DNA of 64,000 nt from an uncultured Steroidobacteraceae bacterium (GTDB lineage Bacteria > Pseudomonadota > Gammaproteobacteria > Steroidobacterales > Steroidobacteraceae). Of the stretch, positions 7,348-18,867 are shown piece by piece. The notes under the pieces are model-generated. The model worked only from the letters and a program-made list of their open reading frames with translations, did no database searches and was not told where the DNA came from. Numbering within the stretch: position 1 is the stretch's first letter; every line of letters starts with the position of its first letter. A program made the translations under genes and the position numbers. The stretch is taken from positions 1,052-65,051 of the forward strand of contig CAZGVE010000018.1 of the NCBI GenBank assembly GCA_964528845.1. Direction: 5' to 3'.

Positions 7348-8127
7348 ATGACGACCTTCACCTTCGATCAGATCGAGGCCTGGCTCGGGGCGGCATTCTG
7401 GCCATTCCTGCGCATCGGCGGCTGCCTGATGGTGGCTCCGGTGTTCGGCGCAGGCTACGTGCCGCCGCGGGTCCGAATCGTGCTCGCCGGCGTGCTCACC
7501 GTGGTCGCATTGCCGATGATCCCGCGTAATCCGGGGCTGACGCTGCTGTCGGGCGATGGGATCATCACGACGATCGAGCAGCTCGTGATCGGTATCGCGC
7601 TCGGCTTCACGCTGCAACTGATGTTCGATGCGCTGGCACTGGGCGGGCAGCTGATCGCGAACAGCATGGGGCTCGAGTTCGCATTCAACCTCGACCCGCT
7701 GCGCGGTACCCAGACCGCCGTACTGGGTCAGCTCTATGTGATGCTCGGGACGCTGACCTTCCTGAGCCTGGATGGACACATCGCACTGATCGAGACGCTG
7801 GTGGCGAGCTTCCGCGGATTGCCAATCGGGCCGCATGGCCTGAGCATGGAAGCCACCAGGACTCTCGCGGATTGGGGTACGCAGCTGTTCGCCGGCGCGC
7901 TGCGCATAGCGCTGCCCGGCATGACGGCGCTGCTCGTCGTCAACCTGGCTTTCGGTGTCACCAGCCGTGCGGCGCCTGGGCTCAACCTGTTCGCGATCGG
8001 CCTGCCGGTCTCGCTGATCTTCGGTCTGGTGATCGTGCTGCTCGGCCTGCCCGGCATGCAGAGCGGCTTTCAGGCCTTGCTCGCATCTGCGTTCCAGCTG
8101 TTGCACGCGATGAGCGGCACCTCCTAG
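7348..8127 (+). CDS. fliR: Flagellar export gate protein FliR
   Basis: 259 aa polytopic membrane protein with FliR-like sequence, positioned between fliQ and flhB. Confidence 0.93.
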   Translation: MTTFTFDQIEAWLGAAFWPFLRIGGCLMVAPVFGAGYVPPRVRIVLAGVLTVVALPMIPRNPGLTLLSGDGIITTIEQLVIGIALGFTLQLMFDALALGGQLIANSMGLEFAFNLDPLRGTQTAVLGQLYVMLGTLTFLSLDGHIALIETLVASFRGLPIGPHGLSMEATRTLADWGTQLFAGALRIALPGMTALLVVNLAFGVTSRAAPGLNLFAIGLPVSLIFGLVIVLLGLPGMQSGFQALLASAFQLLHAMSGTS

Positions 8128-8137
8128 GGGCGCATGA

Positions 8138-9253
8138 GTGGCTGATCTCAACGATCGCGAACGCACAGAAAGTCCGTCGCAAAAGCGGCTGGACGATGCG
8201 CGGGAGAAGGGGCAGGTCCCCCGCTCGCGCGATCTCACGGCTGCCGCGGTAGTGCTTGCCGGCGGACTCGGCCTGTATTCGATGGGCTCGCTGCTCGGTG
8301 GCCGGATGCTGGCGCTGATGCACGATGGCCTGTCGGTGACCCGCACCGACGCCCTGGACAGTGGACGCATGGTGCTGCAGTTCGAGCACGCTGCCGCGCA
8401 GGGCCTGCTCGCCGCGGCGCCGGTACTGGGCGTGCTGCTGGCCGCGGCGCTGGTCGCGCCGCTCGCGATCGGTGGCTGGAACTTCAGCGCGCGGGCACTG
8501 GTACCGGACTTCAGCCGGCTCGACCCGATCGCCGGGTTCGGCCGGGTGTTCTCGCTGCGCGGTGTGATCGAGCTGCTCAAGGCGCTCGCACGCTTCGTGG
8601 TCGTAGGTCTGGTCGCAGTGCTGGTGCTGCGCCGGCAGTTTCACAGCTTCACCGCGCTGGGGCTGGAGCCGGTACGCGCTGCGACCGGCCACGCACTGGC
8701 GATGTGCGGCACCGCCCTCATTGCGCTGGGTGGCGCGCTCGGGGCGATCGCACTCATCGACGCGCCGCTCGCGCTCTGGCAGCACCATAAGTCGCTGCGG
8801 ATGAGCCGCGACGAACTGCGAGAGGAACACAAGGACGCGGAGGGAAGCCCCGAGGTCAAGTCCCGCGTCAGGCGCGCGCAGCAGGCGCTGGCGCGGCGCC
8901 GCATGATGCAGGAGGTGCCGAAGGCCGACGTCGTGGTGATGAACCCGACCCACTACGCGGTGGCACTGCGCTACGACGAGCAGCGCATGCGCGCCCCGGT
9001 CGTGGTGGCCAAGGGACGCGACCTGATCGCGCTCAAGATCCGAGAGCTGGCGGCCGAGCACCACATACCGACGATCGAGGCGCCGCCGCTGGCGCGTGCG
9101 CTGCACGCCAGCTGCGAACTGGGCGATGAGATTCCCGCCCGGCTATACGCGGCGGTCGCCAAGGTTCTGACATATGTCTACCAGCTGCGCAGCGCGCGCC
9201 GCCAGGGCGCCCGCCCGCCCGCGCCACCCGATATCGAGGTGCCCGAGACATGA
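8138..9253 (+). CDS. flhB: Flagellar export switch protein FlhB
   Basis: N-terminus is ERTESPSQKRLDDAREKGQVPRSRDL. The NPTH autocleavage motif is present (VVVMNPTHYAVALRY). Confidence 0.96.
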   Translation: MADLNDRERTESPSQKRLDDAREKGQVPRSRDLTAAAVVLAGGLGLYSMGSLLGGRMLALMHDGLSVTRTDALDSGRMVLQFEHAAAQGLLAAAPVLGVLLAAALVAPLAIGGWNFSARALVPDFSRLDPIAGFGRVFSLRGVIELLKALARFVVVGLVAVLVLRRQFHSFTALGLEPVRAATGHALAMCGTALIALGGALGAIALIDAPLALWQHHKSLRMSRDELREEHKDAEGSPEVKSRVRRAQQALARRRMMQEVPKADVVVMNPTHYAVALRYDEQRMRAPVVVAKGRDLIALKIRELAAEHHIPTIEAPPLARALHASCELGDEIPARLYAAVAKVLTYVYQLRSARRQGARPPAPPDIEVPET

Positions 9254-9341
9254 GTTCTGTGACGCACTTCGCGCTTGCACTGCCTGAAGCGCCGTTAATT
9301 CGTCGCCCCGTGGCGGCACGGGAATTGCTCTTTCCAGGTAC

Positions 9342-11453
9342 ATGGCTGAAATAGCAATCCAAGGTGCGGCCGGTGGCGTCCCCGCCTGGGCCCGAACGCT
9401 GCAGGCACTGGTGCGCCGCGGCATCGGTGCGCCGCTGCTCGTGCTCGCCGTGCTGGCGATGGTCGTACTGCCGCTGCCACCGCTCGCCCTCGACGTGCTG
9501 TTCACCTTCAATATCGCCTTGACGCTGCTGGTGCTGATGGCGGTCGTCAACGTGTCGCGACCGCTGGACTTCGGGATCTTCCCGACCGTGCTGCTGTTGG
9601 CGACGCTGCTGCGGCTCGCGCTCAACGTGGCTTCCACCCGGGTGGTGCTGCTGCATGGCCACGAGGGCACCGCGGCGGCCGGGCACGTGATCGAGGCCTT
9701 CGGGCAGTTCGTGGTCGGCGGCAACTACGCGGTCGGCATCGTCGTATTCGCGATCCTGACGATCGTCAATTTCGTCGTCGTCACCAAGGGCGCGGGCCGC
9801 ATCTCCGAGGTCAGCGCGCGCTTCACCCTGGATTCGATGCCCGGCAAGCAGATGGCGATCGACTCCGACCTGAACGCCGGCCTGATCAACCAGGACGAGG
9901 CACGCCTGCGACGCGCCGAGGTACGCGCGGAGGCGGATTTCTACGGCTCGATGGACGGTGCCAGCAAGTTCGTCCGCGGCGATGCCACCGCTGGCATCCT
10001 CATCATGGTCATCAACATCATCGGCGGGCTCGCGATCGGTACGATCAGCCACGGTTTGAGCTTCTCCGATGCTGCGCGCGTCTACACGCTGCTCACCATC
10101 GGCGATGGACTGGTCGCGCAGATTCCCGCGCTGCTGCTCTCGACGGGCGTCGCGATCATCGTCACGCGCATGTCGCGGGCGCAGGATCTCGGCAGTGAGA
10201 TGTCGCGTCAGCTGTTCATGCAGCCCCGCAGTCTCGCGGTGGCAGGCAGCGTGCTGGGTGTGATGGGTCTGATTCCTGGAATGCCCAGCCTGGCGTTCCT
10301 GACCTTCGCGGCCATCTGTGGCGGCGGCTCATGGATGCTGCGCCGGCGGGCAGCGCGCGCCGCGGAGACGCCGGCGCCTGCACCCGCGGTGCCGGCACCG
10401 AACGCTGAACAGCGCGAACTGTCGTGGGACGATGTGCAGCCGGTCGATCTGATCTCCCTGCAGGTGGGATTCCGCCTGGTACCGCTGGTCGACAAGGCGC
10501 AGGGCGGCGAACTGCTCGCCCGCATCCGCGGGGTGCGCCGCAAGCTGTCGCAGGAGCTCGGATTCCTGGTGCAGTCGGTGCACATCCGCGACAACCTGGA
10601 ACTGGCACCCAATGCCTATCGCATCAGCCTGGCCGGCGTGACGATCGCCGACGGCGTCGTCTATCCCGAACGTGAGCTCGCGATCAATCCGGGTCGCGTG
10701 TTCGGCAAGCCCCCGGGCATCGACACGCACGACCCCGCCTTCGGCATGGAGGCCGTGTGGATCGAGCCGGCGAAGCGCGAGCAGGCACAGACCCTCGGCT
10801 ATACCGTGGTCGATGCCAGCACCGTGGTCGCGACGCACCTGAGCAGTGTCATTCAGGCGCATGCCCACGAGCTGCTCGGCCACGAGGAAGTACAGCAGCT
10901 GCTCAACGGCCTGGCCAAGACGGCGCCGCGCCTGGTGGAGGACCTGGTACCCAAGACGCTGCAGCTCGGCGTGATCGTGCGCGTGCTGCAGGGCCTGCTC
11001 GCCGAGCGGGTTCCGATCCGCAATCTGCGCGCGATCATCGAAACGCTCTCCGAGCACGCAGGACGCACGCAGGACCCGCAGGTTCTGCAGTCGCAGGTGC
11101 GCATCGCGCTCGGCCGCCAGATCGTGCAGGACATCGTCGGCAGCGGTGGTGAGCTGCCAGTGATTACGCTCGAGCCGGATCTCGAACAGCTGCTGCAGAA
11201 CACGCTGCAGGGCCAGGCGTCCGGCAATACCGCGCTCGAGCCCGGGCTCGCCGAGCGGCTGCAGTCCCGACTCACCGAATCGGCGCAGCGCCAGGAATCG
11301 GCGGGCGAGCCCGCCGTGCTGATGGTGGCGCCGGCGCTGCGCGGGGCACTGGCGCGCTTCACGCGCGCGTCGGTGCCGAACCTGAACGTGCTCGCGTGGA
11401 ACGAGATTCCCGATAACCGTCGCGTACGGCTGGTCGCCGCCGTAGGCCGCTAG
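9342..11453 (+). CDS. flhA: Flagellar export apparatus protein FlhA
   Basis: 703 aa with conserved FlhA motifs (FTFNIALTLLVLM, GNYAVGIVVFAILTIVNFVVVTKGAGRISEVSARFTLDSMPGKQMAIDSDL). Confidence 0.97.
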   Translation: MAEIAIQGAAGGVPAWARTLQALVRRGIGAPLLVLAVLAMVVLPLPPLALDVLFTFNIALTLLVLMAVVNVSRPLDFGIFPTVLLLATLLRLALNVASTRVVLLHGHEGTAAAGHVIEAFGQFVVGGNYAVGIVVFAILTIVNFVVVTKGAGRISEVSARFTLDSMPGKQMAIDSDLNAGLINQDEARLRRAEVRAEADFYGSMDGASKFVRGDATAGILIMVINIIGGLAIGTISHGLSFSDAARVYTLLTIGDGLVAQIPALLLSTGVAIIVTRMSRAQDLGSEMSRQLFMQPRSLAVAGSVLGVMGLIPGMPSLAFLTFAAICGGGSWMLRRRAARAAETPAPAPAVPAPNAEQRELSWDDVQPVDLISLQVGFRLVPLVDKAQGGELLARIRGVRRKLSQELGFLVQSVHIRDNLELAPNAYRISLAGVTIADGVVYPERELAINPGRVFGKPPGIDTHDPAFGMEAVWIEPAKREQAQTLGYTVVDASTVVATHLSSVIQAHAHELLGHEEVQQLLNGLAKTAPRLVEDLVPKTLQLGVIVRVLQGLLAERVPIRNLRAIIETLSEHAGRTQDPQVLQSQVRIALGRQIVQDIVGSGGELPVITLEPDLEQLLQNTLQGQASGNTALEPGLAERLQSRLTESAQRQESAGEPAVLMVAPALRGALARFTRASVPNLNVLAWNEIPDNRRVRLVAAVGR

Positions 11454-11484
11454 GACACCAGATGGAGAGGCAACGGCCGTGAAG

Positions 11485-12666
11485 ATGAAGCGATACGTGG
11501 CTGCGGACATGCGCAGTGCACTGCGTGCGATCCGCGAGGAGCAGGGGCCCGACGCCGTGATCCTGAGCACCCGCGCGGTGGCTCAGGGCGTCGAGGTGTG
11601 CGCCGCGGTCGACCTCGAATTCGCGCAAGGCGAAGCCGAACTCGCGGCAGCCTCGGCCGCGCCCTATACCGCGCGCGCGCCCGCGGCGCTCGATGACGAA
11701 TCGGCGCTCGATGCCGCGCTCGAGGGTGAGCGCGGCGCGCGCGGCGACCGCTCGGTGGGCGATGAACTGCGCAGCCTGCGCGGACTGCTCGAACAGCAGG
11801 TCGCTGCGCTCGCCTGGAACGATTTCACACGGCGCGAGCCGTTGCGCGCACAGGCGCTCGCGAACCTCGCCAACCTCGGGCTGGACCGCACGCTCGCGAT
11901 CCGCCTGGTCAGCGCATTACCTTCCGACCTCAGGCCCGAGCAGGCCCAGCGCCTGCCGTATGCGATGCTCGCGCGCAGTCTGCAGATCGCCGCGAATCCG
12001 CTCGAGCGCAGCGCCGTGCTGGCGCTGATCGGGCCACCTGGATCCGGCAAGACCACGACGCTCTCGAAGCTCGCGGCGCGCTATGTACTCGAACAGGATG
12101 GCGCGAACCTCGTCATCCTCTCCACCGACGACGAGCGGCTCGGATCACACGAGCAGCTGCGCAGCCTGGGCCGCGTGCTCGGGGTGCGGGTCGAGACCGT
12201 CGCTGATGACGCGACGCTCGCGCTGCGCATCGAGGCGCTGGCCGGCCGCTGCATACTGATCGATACCCCGGGGGCTGCCGCGCGCGACCGCGACAGCGCC
12301 GCCAGGCTCGCGGCACTGCGGGCACGCTGCCCGGCGCTGCACGCGATGCTGGTACTGCCCGCCAGCGCGCAGAGCGGTGTGATCGAGGACACGGTCGCAA
12401 CCTTCGGGCCGGGTATCGCCAGCAGCTGCGCGCTGACCCGCGTCGATGAGGCGGTGAGTCTGGGCGGCGTGCTCTCCGCGCTCGCCAACTCCCGGCTGCC
12501 GATCGCCTACGTCGCCGAAGGTCCACGCATTCCGGAAGATCTGCGTCCGGCCCGGGCGCACCAGCTGGTCGCGCGGGCGGTGGAACTCGCGCGCCGCGCC
12601 CAGGCCTGTGCCGAGGATGATCTGCTGGCGCGCCGCTATGGAGGATCCGTCCATGCCGCTGCATGA
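11485..12666 (+). CDS. flhF: Flagellar biosynthesis SRP-type GTPase FlhF
   Basis: MKRYVAADMRSALRAIREEQGPDAVILS N-terminus plus the GTPase G1 motif (LIGPPGSGKTTTLSKLA) and a DTPG motif. An alternative GTG start exists at 11479. Confidence 0.9.
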   Translation: MKRYVAADMRSALRAIREEQGPDAVILSTRAVAQGVEVCAAVDLEFAQGEAELAAASAAPYTARAPAALDDESALDAALEGERGARGDRSVGDELRSLRGLLEQQVAALAWNDFTRREPLRAQALANLANLGLDRTLAIRLVSALPSDLRPEQAQRLPYAMLARSLQIAANPLERSAVLALIGPPGSGKTTTLSKLAARYVLEQDGANLVILSTDDERLGSHEQLRSLGRVLGVRVETVADDATLALRIEALAGRCILIDTPGAAARDRDSAARLAALRARCPALHAMLVLPASAQSGVIEDTVATFGPGIASSCALTRVDEAVSLGGVLSALANSRLPIAYVAEGPRIPEDLRPARAHQLVARAVELARRAQACAEDDLLARRYGGSVHAAA

Positions 12667-13519
12667 GAGCGCGGCACGCGAGGTGGCAACTCCGGGCGTG
12701 CAGGTCATTGCGGTGACTGGCGGCAAGGGCGGTACCGGCAAGAGCTCGGTGGCGGTGAATCTCGCGACCGCGTTCGCGCAGGCGGGACGCAAGGCGATGC
12801 TGCTCGACGGTGACCTCGGGCTCGCGAACGTCGACGTGCTGCTGGGACTCACCCCGCGCTACACGCTGGAGCATGTGCTGCGGGGCGAGCGCGCGCTCGA
12901 GGAAGTCATTCTGGAGACCAGCGCCGGCGTGCGCGTGGTACCGGCCGCATCGGGGGTGGCGCGCATGGCGGCTCTCAGCGCGGCCGAACAGGCCGGCCTG
13001 GTGCAGGCCTTCAGCGCGCTGCCCGGGCCGCTCGATGTACTGATCGTCGACACGGCGGCGGGCATCTCCGAATCCGTGCTGCAGTTCTGCCAGGCGGCAC
13101 AGCAGGTGCTGGTCGTGATGCGCGATGAGCCGACCTCGCTGACTGACACCTACGCGCTGATCAAGGTGCTGAGTCGCAATCATGGGCTGCGCCATTTCCG
13201 CATCGTCGCCAACATGACGCGCGACCCGGACCAGGGCCGCAATGTGTTCGGCCGCCTGCAGCGCGTGACCGATCGCTATCTCGATGTGCTGCTCGAATAT
13301 GCCGGCGAGATTCCCGAGGACCGGCTGCTGCAGAAAGCCGTCCAGGCGCAGCGAGCGGTGATGGAGCTGTATCCGGGTTGTCCCGCAGCGCAAGCCTTCA
13401 AGCGCCTGGCGCGGGCCGCCGGAGCCTGGCCGACGCCGGTGAACGCCAGCGGCCGGCTCGAATTCTTCCTCGAGAGAATGCTGGCGCGGCCTCCGCCGCG
13501 CCTGACGGTGCTCAAATGA
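12653..13519 (+). CDS. flhG: MinD/ParA-type flagellar number regulator FlhG (FleN)
   Basis: Deviant Walker A (IAVTGGKGGTGKSSVAVNLA). It follows flhF and its stop overlaps the fliA start. The start was chosen at the internal ATG (MPLHESAAR...). Confidence 0.9.
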   Translation: MPLHESAAREVATPGVQVIAVTGGKGGTGKSSVAVNLATAFAQAGRKAMLLDGDLGLANVDVLLGLTPRYTLEHVLRGERALEEVILETSAGVRVVPAASGVARMAALSAAEQAGLVQAFSALPGPLDVLIVDTAAGISESVLQFCQAAQQVLVVMRDEPTSLTDTYALIKVLSRNHGLRHFRIVANMTRDPDQGRNVFGRLQRVTDRYLDVLLEYAGEIPEDRLLQKAVQAQRAVMELYPGCPAAQAFKRLARAAGAWPTPVNASGRLEFFLERMLARPPPRLTVLK

Positions 13520-14247
13520 TCAAACGGGTCCGTGCCTACGCCGAAGCGCAGCCTCAGGGCGACCTGACTGCGCTCGTGCAGCAGCACGCCGACCTCGTCA
13601 AGCGCATTGCCTATCACCTGGCCGGACGCCTGCCACCCCAGGTCGAGGTCGACGACCTGATCCAGGCCGGCATGATGGGCCTGCTCGAGGCTGCCCAGCA
13701 CTATACGAGCGGGCGCGGCGCGAGCTTCGAAACCTATGCCGGCATCCGCATCCGTGGCGCGATGCTCGATGCGTTGCGCAAGCTCGACTGGGCGCCGCGT
13801 TCGGTGCATCGCAAGGCACGCGCCGCAGCGCTGGCGCTGCGCGAAGTGGAGGCGCGCCGCGGAGCAGAGGCTACCGACACCGAGGTCGCCGCGCAGATGG
13901 GCGTCACGGTGCCGGAGTACCAGCGCATCGTCCAGGACGCACTGGGGTGCCAGCTGCTGCATTTCACCGACGCCGATGATGGCGAGGAATCGAGCCTGGA
14001 CCGGTTGCCTGACCGCGGCCCGGATCCGGAGGGCATCGCGCTCGATGATTCGATGCGCCAGGCCATCATCGACGCGGTGCAGGACTTGCCGGAGCGCGAG
14101 CGGCTCGTGCTCTCGCTCTACTACGAACAGGAGTTGAATCTGAAAGAAATCGGTGTCGTGCTCAAGGTCACGGAGTCCCGCGTGTGCCAGCTGCACGGCC
14201 AGGCGCTGCTGCGCCTGAAGTCGCGTCTGCTCGAGTGGCAGACCTAG
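13516..14247 (+). CDS. fliA: Flagellar sigma factor FliA (sigma28)
   Basis: Sigma70-family regions 2 to 4 are present (DDLIQAGMMGLLEAAQHY, YAGIRIRGAMLDALR, LNLKEIGVVLKVTESRVCQLHGQALLRL). There is an ATGA overlap with the flhG stop. Confidence 0.95.
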   Translation: MIKRVRAYAEAQPQGDLTALVQQHADLVKRIAYHLAGRLPPQVEVDDLIQAGMMGLLEAAQHYTSGRGASFETYAGIRIRGAMLDALRKLDWAPRSVHRKARAAALALREVEARRGAEATDTEVAAQMGVTVPEYQRIVQDALGCQLLHFTDADDGEESSLDRLPDRGPDPEGIALDDSMRQAIIDAVQDLPERERLVLSLYYEQELNLKEIGVVLKVTESRVCQLHGQALLRLKSRLLEWQT

Positions 14248-14257
14248 GGCCCGCGCC

Positions 14258-14998
14258 GTGGACTACCTGAGCATCCTCGGACTGATCCTGGCCGTCGTGG
14301 CCATCGTGGTCGGTGCCATCCTGAAGGGCGCGGGCATCCACGCACTGCTGTCCTGGGCCGCGTTCATGATCGTGATCGTCGGCACTGTCGCGGCCATCTG
14401 CGTGCAGACGCCGCTCGAAGTCATGAAACGCGCCTTCCAGCTGCTGCCGTGGGTGTTTCGCCCGCCGCCGAATCAACCGGAAAAGCTGATCCGCAAGCTG
14501 GTCGAATGGAGCGTGATCTCGCGCCGTCAGGGCCTGCTCGGACTCGAATCGCTGATCGACGGCGAGGGCGATGCGTTCCTGCGCCGCGGACTGCAGCTGG
14601 TGGTCGACGGCAGCGAGCCGGACACGATCCGCAGCACGCTGGAGGTCGACATGCGCGCGCGCGAGACCGCCGACACGCGTGCGGCCAAGGTATTCGAGGG
14701 CATGGGCGTGTATTCGCCGACCCTCGGCATCATCGGCGCGGTGCTCGGTCTCATGGCGGTCATGCAGAACCTCGCGGATCCCGCGCTGCTCGGCCACGGC
14801 ATCGCCGCGGCGTTCACGGCCACCGTGTACGGCATCGGGCTGGCGAACCTGTTCTTCCTGCCGGTCGCCAACAAGCTCAAGGTCGCGGTCCAGTCGCGCG
14901 CGCACCTGCACGAGATGGGCATCGAAGGCCTGATCTCGATCGCGCAGGGCGAGAATCCGCGCATGATCGAAGGCCGCCTGCACAGCTTCCTGTCCTGA
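14258..14998 (+). CDS. motA: Flagellar stator protein MotA family (MotC/PomA-like, 246 aa)
   Basis: Four TM segments and the conserved plug and channel region (GMGVYSPTLGIIGAVLGLMAVMQNL...AFTATVYGIGLANLFFLPVANKL). Size and sequence resemble Pseudomonas MotC. Confidence 0.9.
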   Translation: MDYLSILGLILAVVAIVVGAILKGAGIHALLSWAAFMIVIVGTVAAICVQTPLEVMKRAFQLLPWVFRPPPNQPEKLIRKLVEWSVISRRQGLLGLESLIDGEGDAFLRRGLQLVVDGSEPDTIRSTLEVDMRARETADTRAAKVFEGMGVYSPTLGIIGAVLGLMAVMQNLADPALLGHGIAAAFTATVYGIGLANLFFLPVANKLKVAVQSRAHLHEMGIEGLISIAQGENPRMIEGRLHSFLS

Positions 14999-15019
14999 GT
15001 TCCCGACCCGGAGCGATCG

Positions 15020-15952
15020 ATGGCACGCCGCAGACGACACGAGGAAGAAGAGAAGCACGAGGCCTGGGCGATTCCCTATGGGGATCTGGTCACGCTGCTG
15101 CTCGGGTTCTTCGTCGTGATGTACGCGATGTCCTCGGTCAACCAGGGCAAGTACCGCGTGCTGTCCAATTCCCTGACGGAAGCCTTTCACGGCACGCCGC
15201 ACGCGAATCCATCGCAGCCAAGCGGCGATTCCGGCTCCGATCCGATCGAGCAGCTGCCGCTCACGCAGGTGCAGCGCATGATCTCCTCCGGACTGCCCTC
15301 GCATCCGGTTGCACCACTGGATTCGGCGCGCGGCACGCTGCGGCGTGGACAAAGTATCGCCGGCGCCGTCGATCCGCGTGCCCCGTACAGCACTGCATCC
15401 GCCTCGGCCTCGAGCACGAGTACCGCGAGTGTCAGTGCTGCCGCGGCGCCCGCGGTGCCGACCGGCAGCGCACGGGCCGGAGGCACGCTCGACATGGTTG
15501 CCGATGACGTCACCGCCGCGATGGGGCCGCTGATCGCGACCGGTCAGGTGCGCGTCCGCCGCTATGACACCTGGGTGGCGGTCGATATCAGCACCGACAT
15601 CCTCTATGGCAGCGGATCAGCGCAGCTGTCCGGCACCGCGGTGACCGCGCTGCAGCGGCTCGCCGACTCGCTCAAGCCGTGGCCGAACGCGCTGCGGGTC
15701 GAGGGGCATACCGACGATCTGCCGATCAATACCGCCGCCTTTCCGTCCAACTGGGAACTGTCGGCCGCGCGTGCGGCGAGCGTGGTGCACCTGTTCATGG
15801 ACCGCGGCGTCGCCCCGGAGCGCCTCGCGGTGATGGGATTCGGGCCGTACCGGCCAGCGATGGCCAACGCCACTGCGGCCGGCCGCAATGCCAATCGGCG
15901 CGTCGAAGTGGTGATTCTCGGCCGTGACAGCGGACCCGAGGGCCGCTGGTAG
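15020..15952 (+). CDS. motB: Flagellar stator protein MotB family (MotD-like) with OmpA-type peptidoglycan-binding domain
   Basis: N-terminus with the conserved Asp-containing TM (WAIPYGDLVTLLLGFFVVMYAMS). C-terminal OmpA-like domain (VEGHTDDLPINTAAFPSNWELSAARAASVVHLF...NRRVEVVIL). Confidence 0.9.
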   Translation: MARRRRHEEEEKHEAWAIPYGDLVTLLLGFFVVMYAMSSVNQGKYRVLSNSLTEAFHGTPHANPSQPSGDSGSDPIEQLPLTQVQRMISSGLPSHPVAPLDSARGTLRRGQSIAGAVDPRAPYSTASASASSTSTASVSAAAAPAVPTGSARAGGTLDMVADDVTAAMGPLIATGQVRVRRYDTWVAVDISTDILYGSGSAQLSGTAVTALQRLADSLKPWPNALRVEGHTDDLPINTAAFPSNWELSAARAASVVHLFMDRGVAPERLAVMGFGPYRPAMANATAAGRNANRRVEVVILGRDSGPEGRW

Positions 15953-16006
15953 CGTTGGCATGCTTCCTGCTCTTTTCATGGGCAGGGGCCGAAACCCGGC
16001 CGATCG

Positions 16007-16474
16007 ATGTCGGAATTCCGACGCAGGAGTCTCGCCGTGAACTGGATACATGATGTTTCGCAGGCCGCCCTGGCCGGCGCAGTGCTGACCCTCGGGCTCG
16101 TGATCCTGCTCGAGCTGCGCTCGATCAAGCGTCTGCGTCGCCTGGTGGACGGGCACCTGTCGCGGGTCTTCGAACAATTGGACCTATTGCGCTACGAGAA
16201 CCAGCAGCTGCTCGAAGCACGCGCTCCGGCCGCCTCGAACACCGGCACCGCACGGGGCGCCGAGCGGCGCAGCCGCCAGATCTCCGTCGCACCGAGAAAC
16301 GCGATCGATGCGCCGGCGGTGCAGGCACCGGTTCGCGCGATGCCTGCGCGCGAGGTCTCACCGACCGTATCGCTGGCTGCCGGCGAGGCGCGATTGCTGG
16401 CTTCGCTGGCCGCCGCCCGCGCGCAGCGCGAGCGGCCGGACACTACCGCGACAGGCTTGCCAACCCGCCGCTAG
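16007..16474 (+). CDS. Hypothetical membrane-anchored protein (one TM helix plus a short coiled-coil-like segment)
   Basis: 155 aa ORF with GC3-biased codons and a TM helix (AALAGAVLTLGLVILLEL). No recognisable domain. It follows motB and is closed off by the hairpin at 16508-16528. Confidence 0.4.
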   Translation: MSEFRRRSLAVNWIHDVSQAALAGAVLTLGLVILLELRSIKRLRRLVDGHLSRVFEQLDLLRYENQQLLEARAPAASNTGTARGAERRSRQISVAPRNAIDAPAVQAPVRAMPAREVSPTVSLAAGEARLLASLAAARAQRERPDTTATGLPTRR

Positions 16475-16507
16475 TATCATCGGATCCGGCTGGCTACCCC
16501 GCCCGGC

Positions 16508-16526
16508 GAGCACGACCGGGTCGTGC

Positions 16527-16528
<2 letters not shown>
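16508..16528. terminator. Hairpin terminator between the convergent hypothetical ORF and rpoD
   Basis: GAGCACGAC-CGG-GTCGTGCTC, a perfect 9-bp stem that overlaps the rpoD stop codon. Confidence 0.55.
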
Positions 16529-18710
<2,182 letters not shown>

Positions 18711-18867
18711 GGCGTCTCTTGCAATCCGCTGTCAGGGCCGAAGTTTGACGACGCAGCCGCCCGTTCCGTCGCGTGGCAACGAAAGGCGGTGTACGAGCGT
18801 TAATCCATGGGAAGTCGCGCAGTATACCGGATATCTGGTCAATCCGTGCAGAATCAAGCGTGCAGTG

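Noticed and set aside
15999-16006. GCCGATCG (sigma28 -10-like) after motB.
   Set aside because: It abuts the ATG at 16007 directly, leaving no room for a transcript start or leader. There is also no TAAA-type -35 at the right distance.
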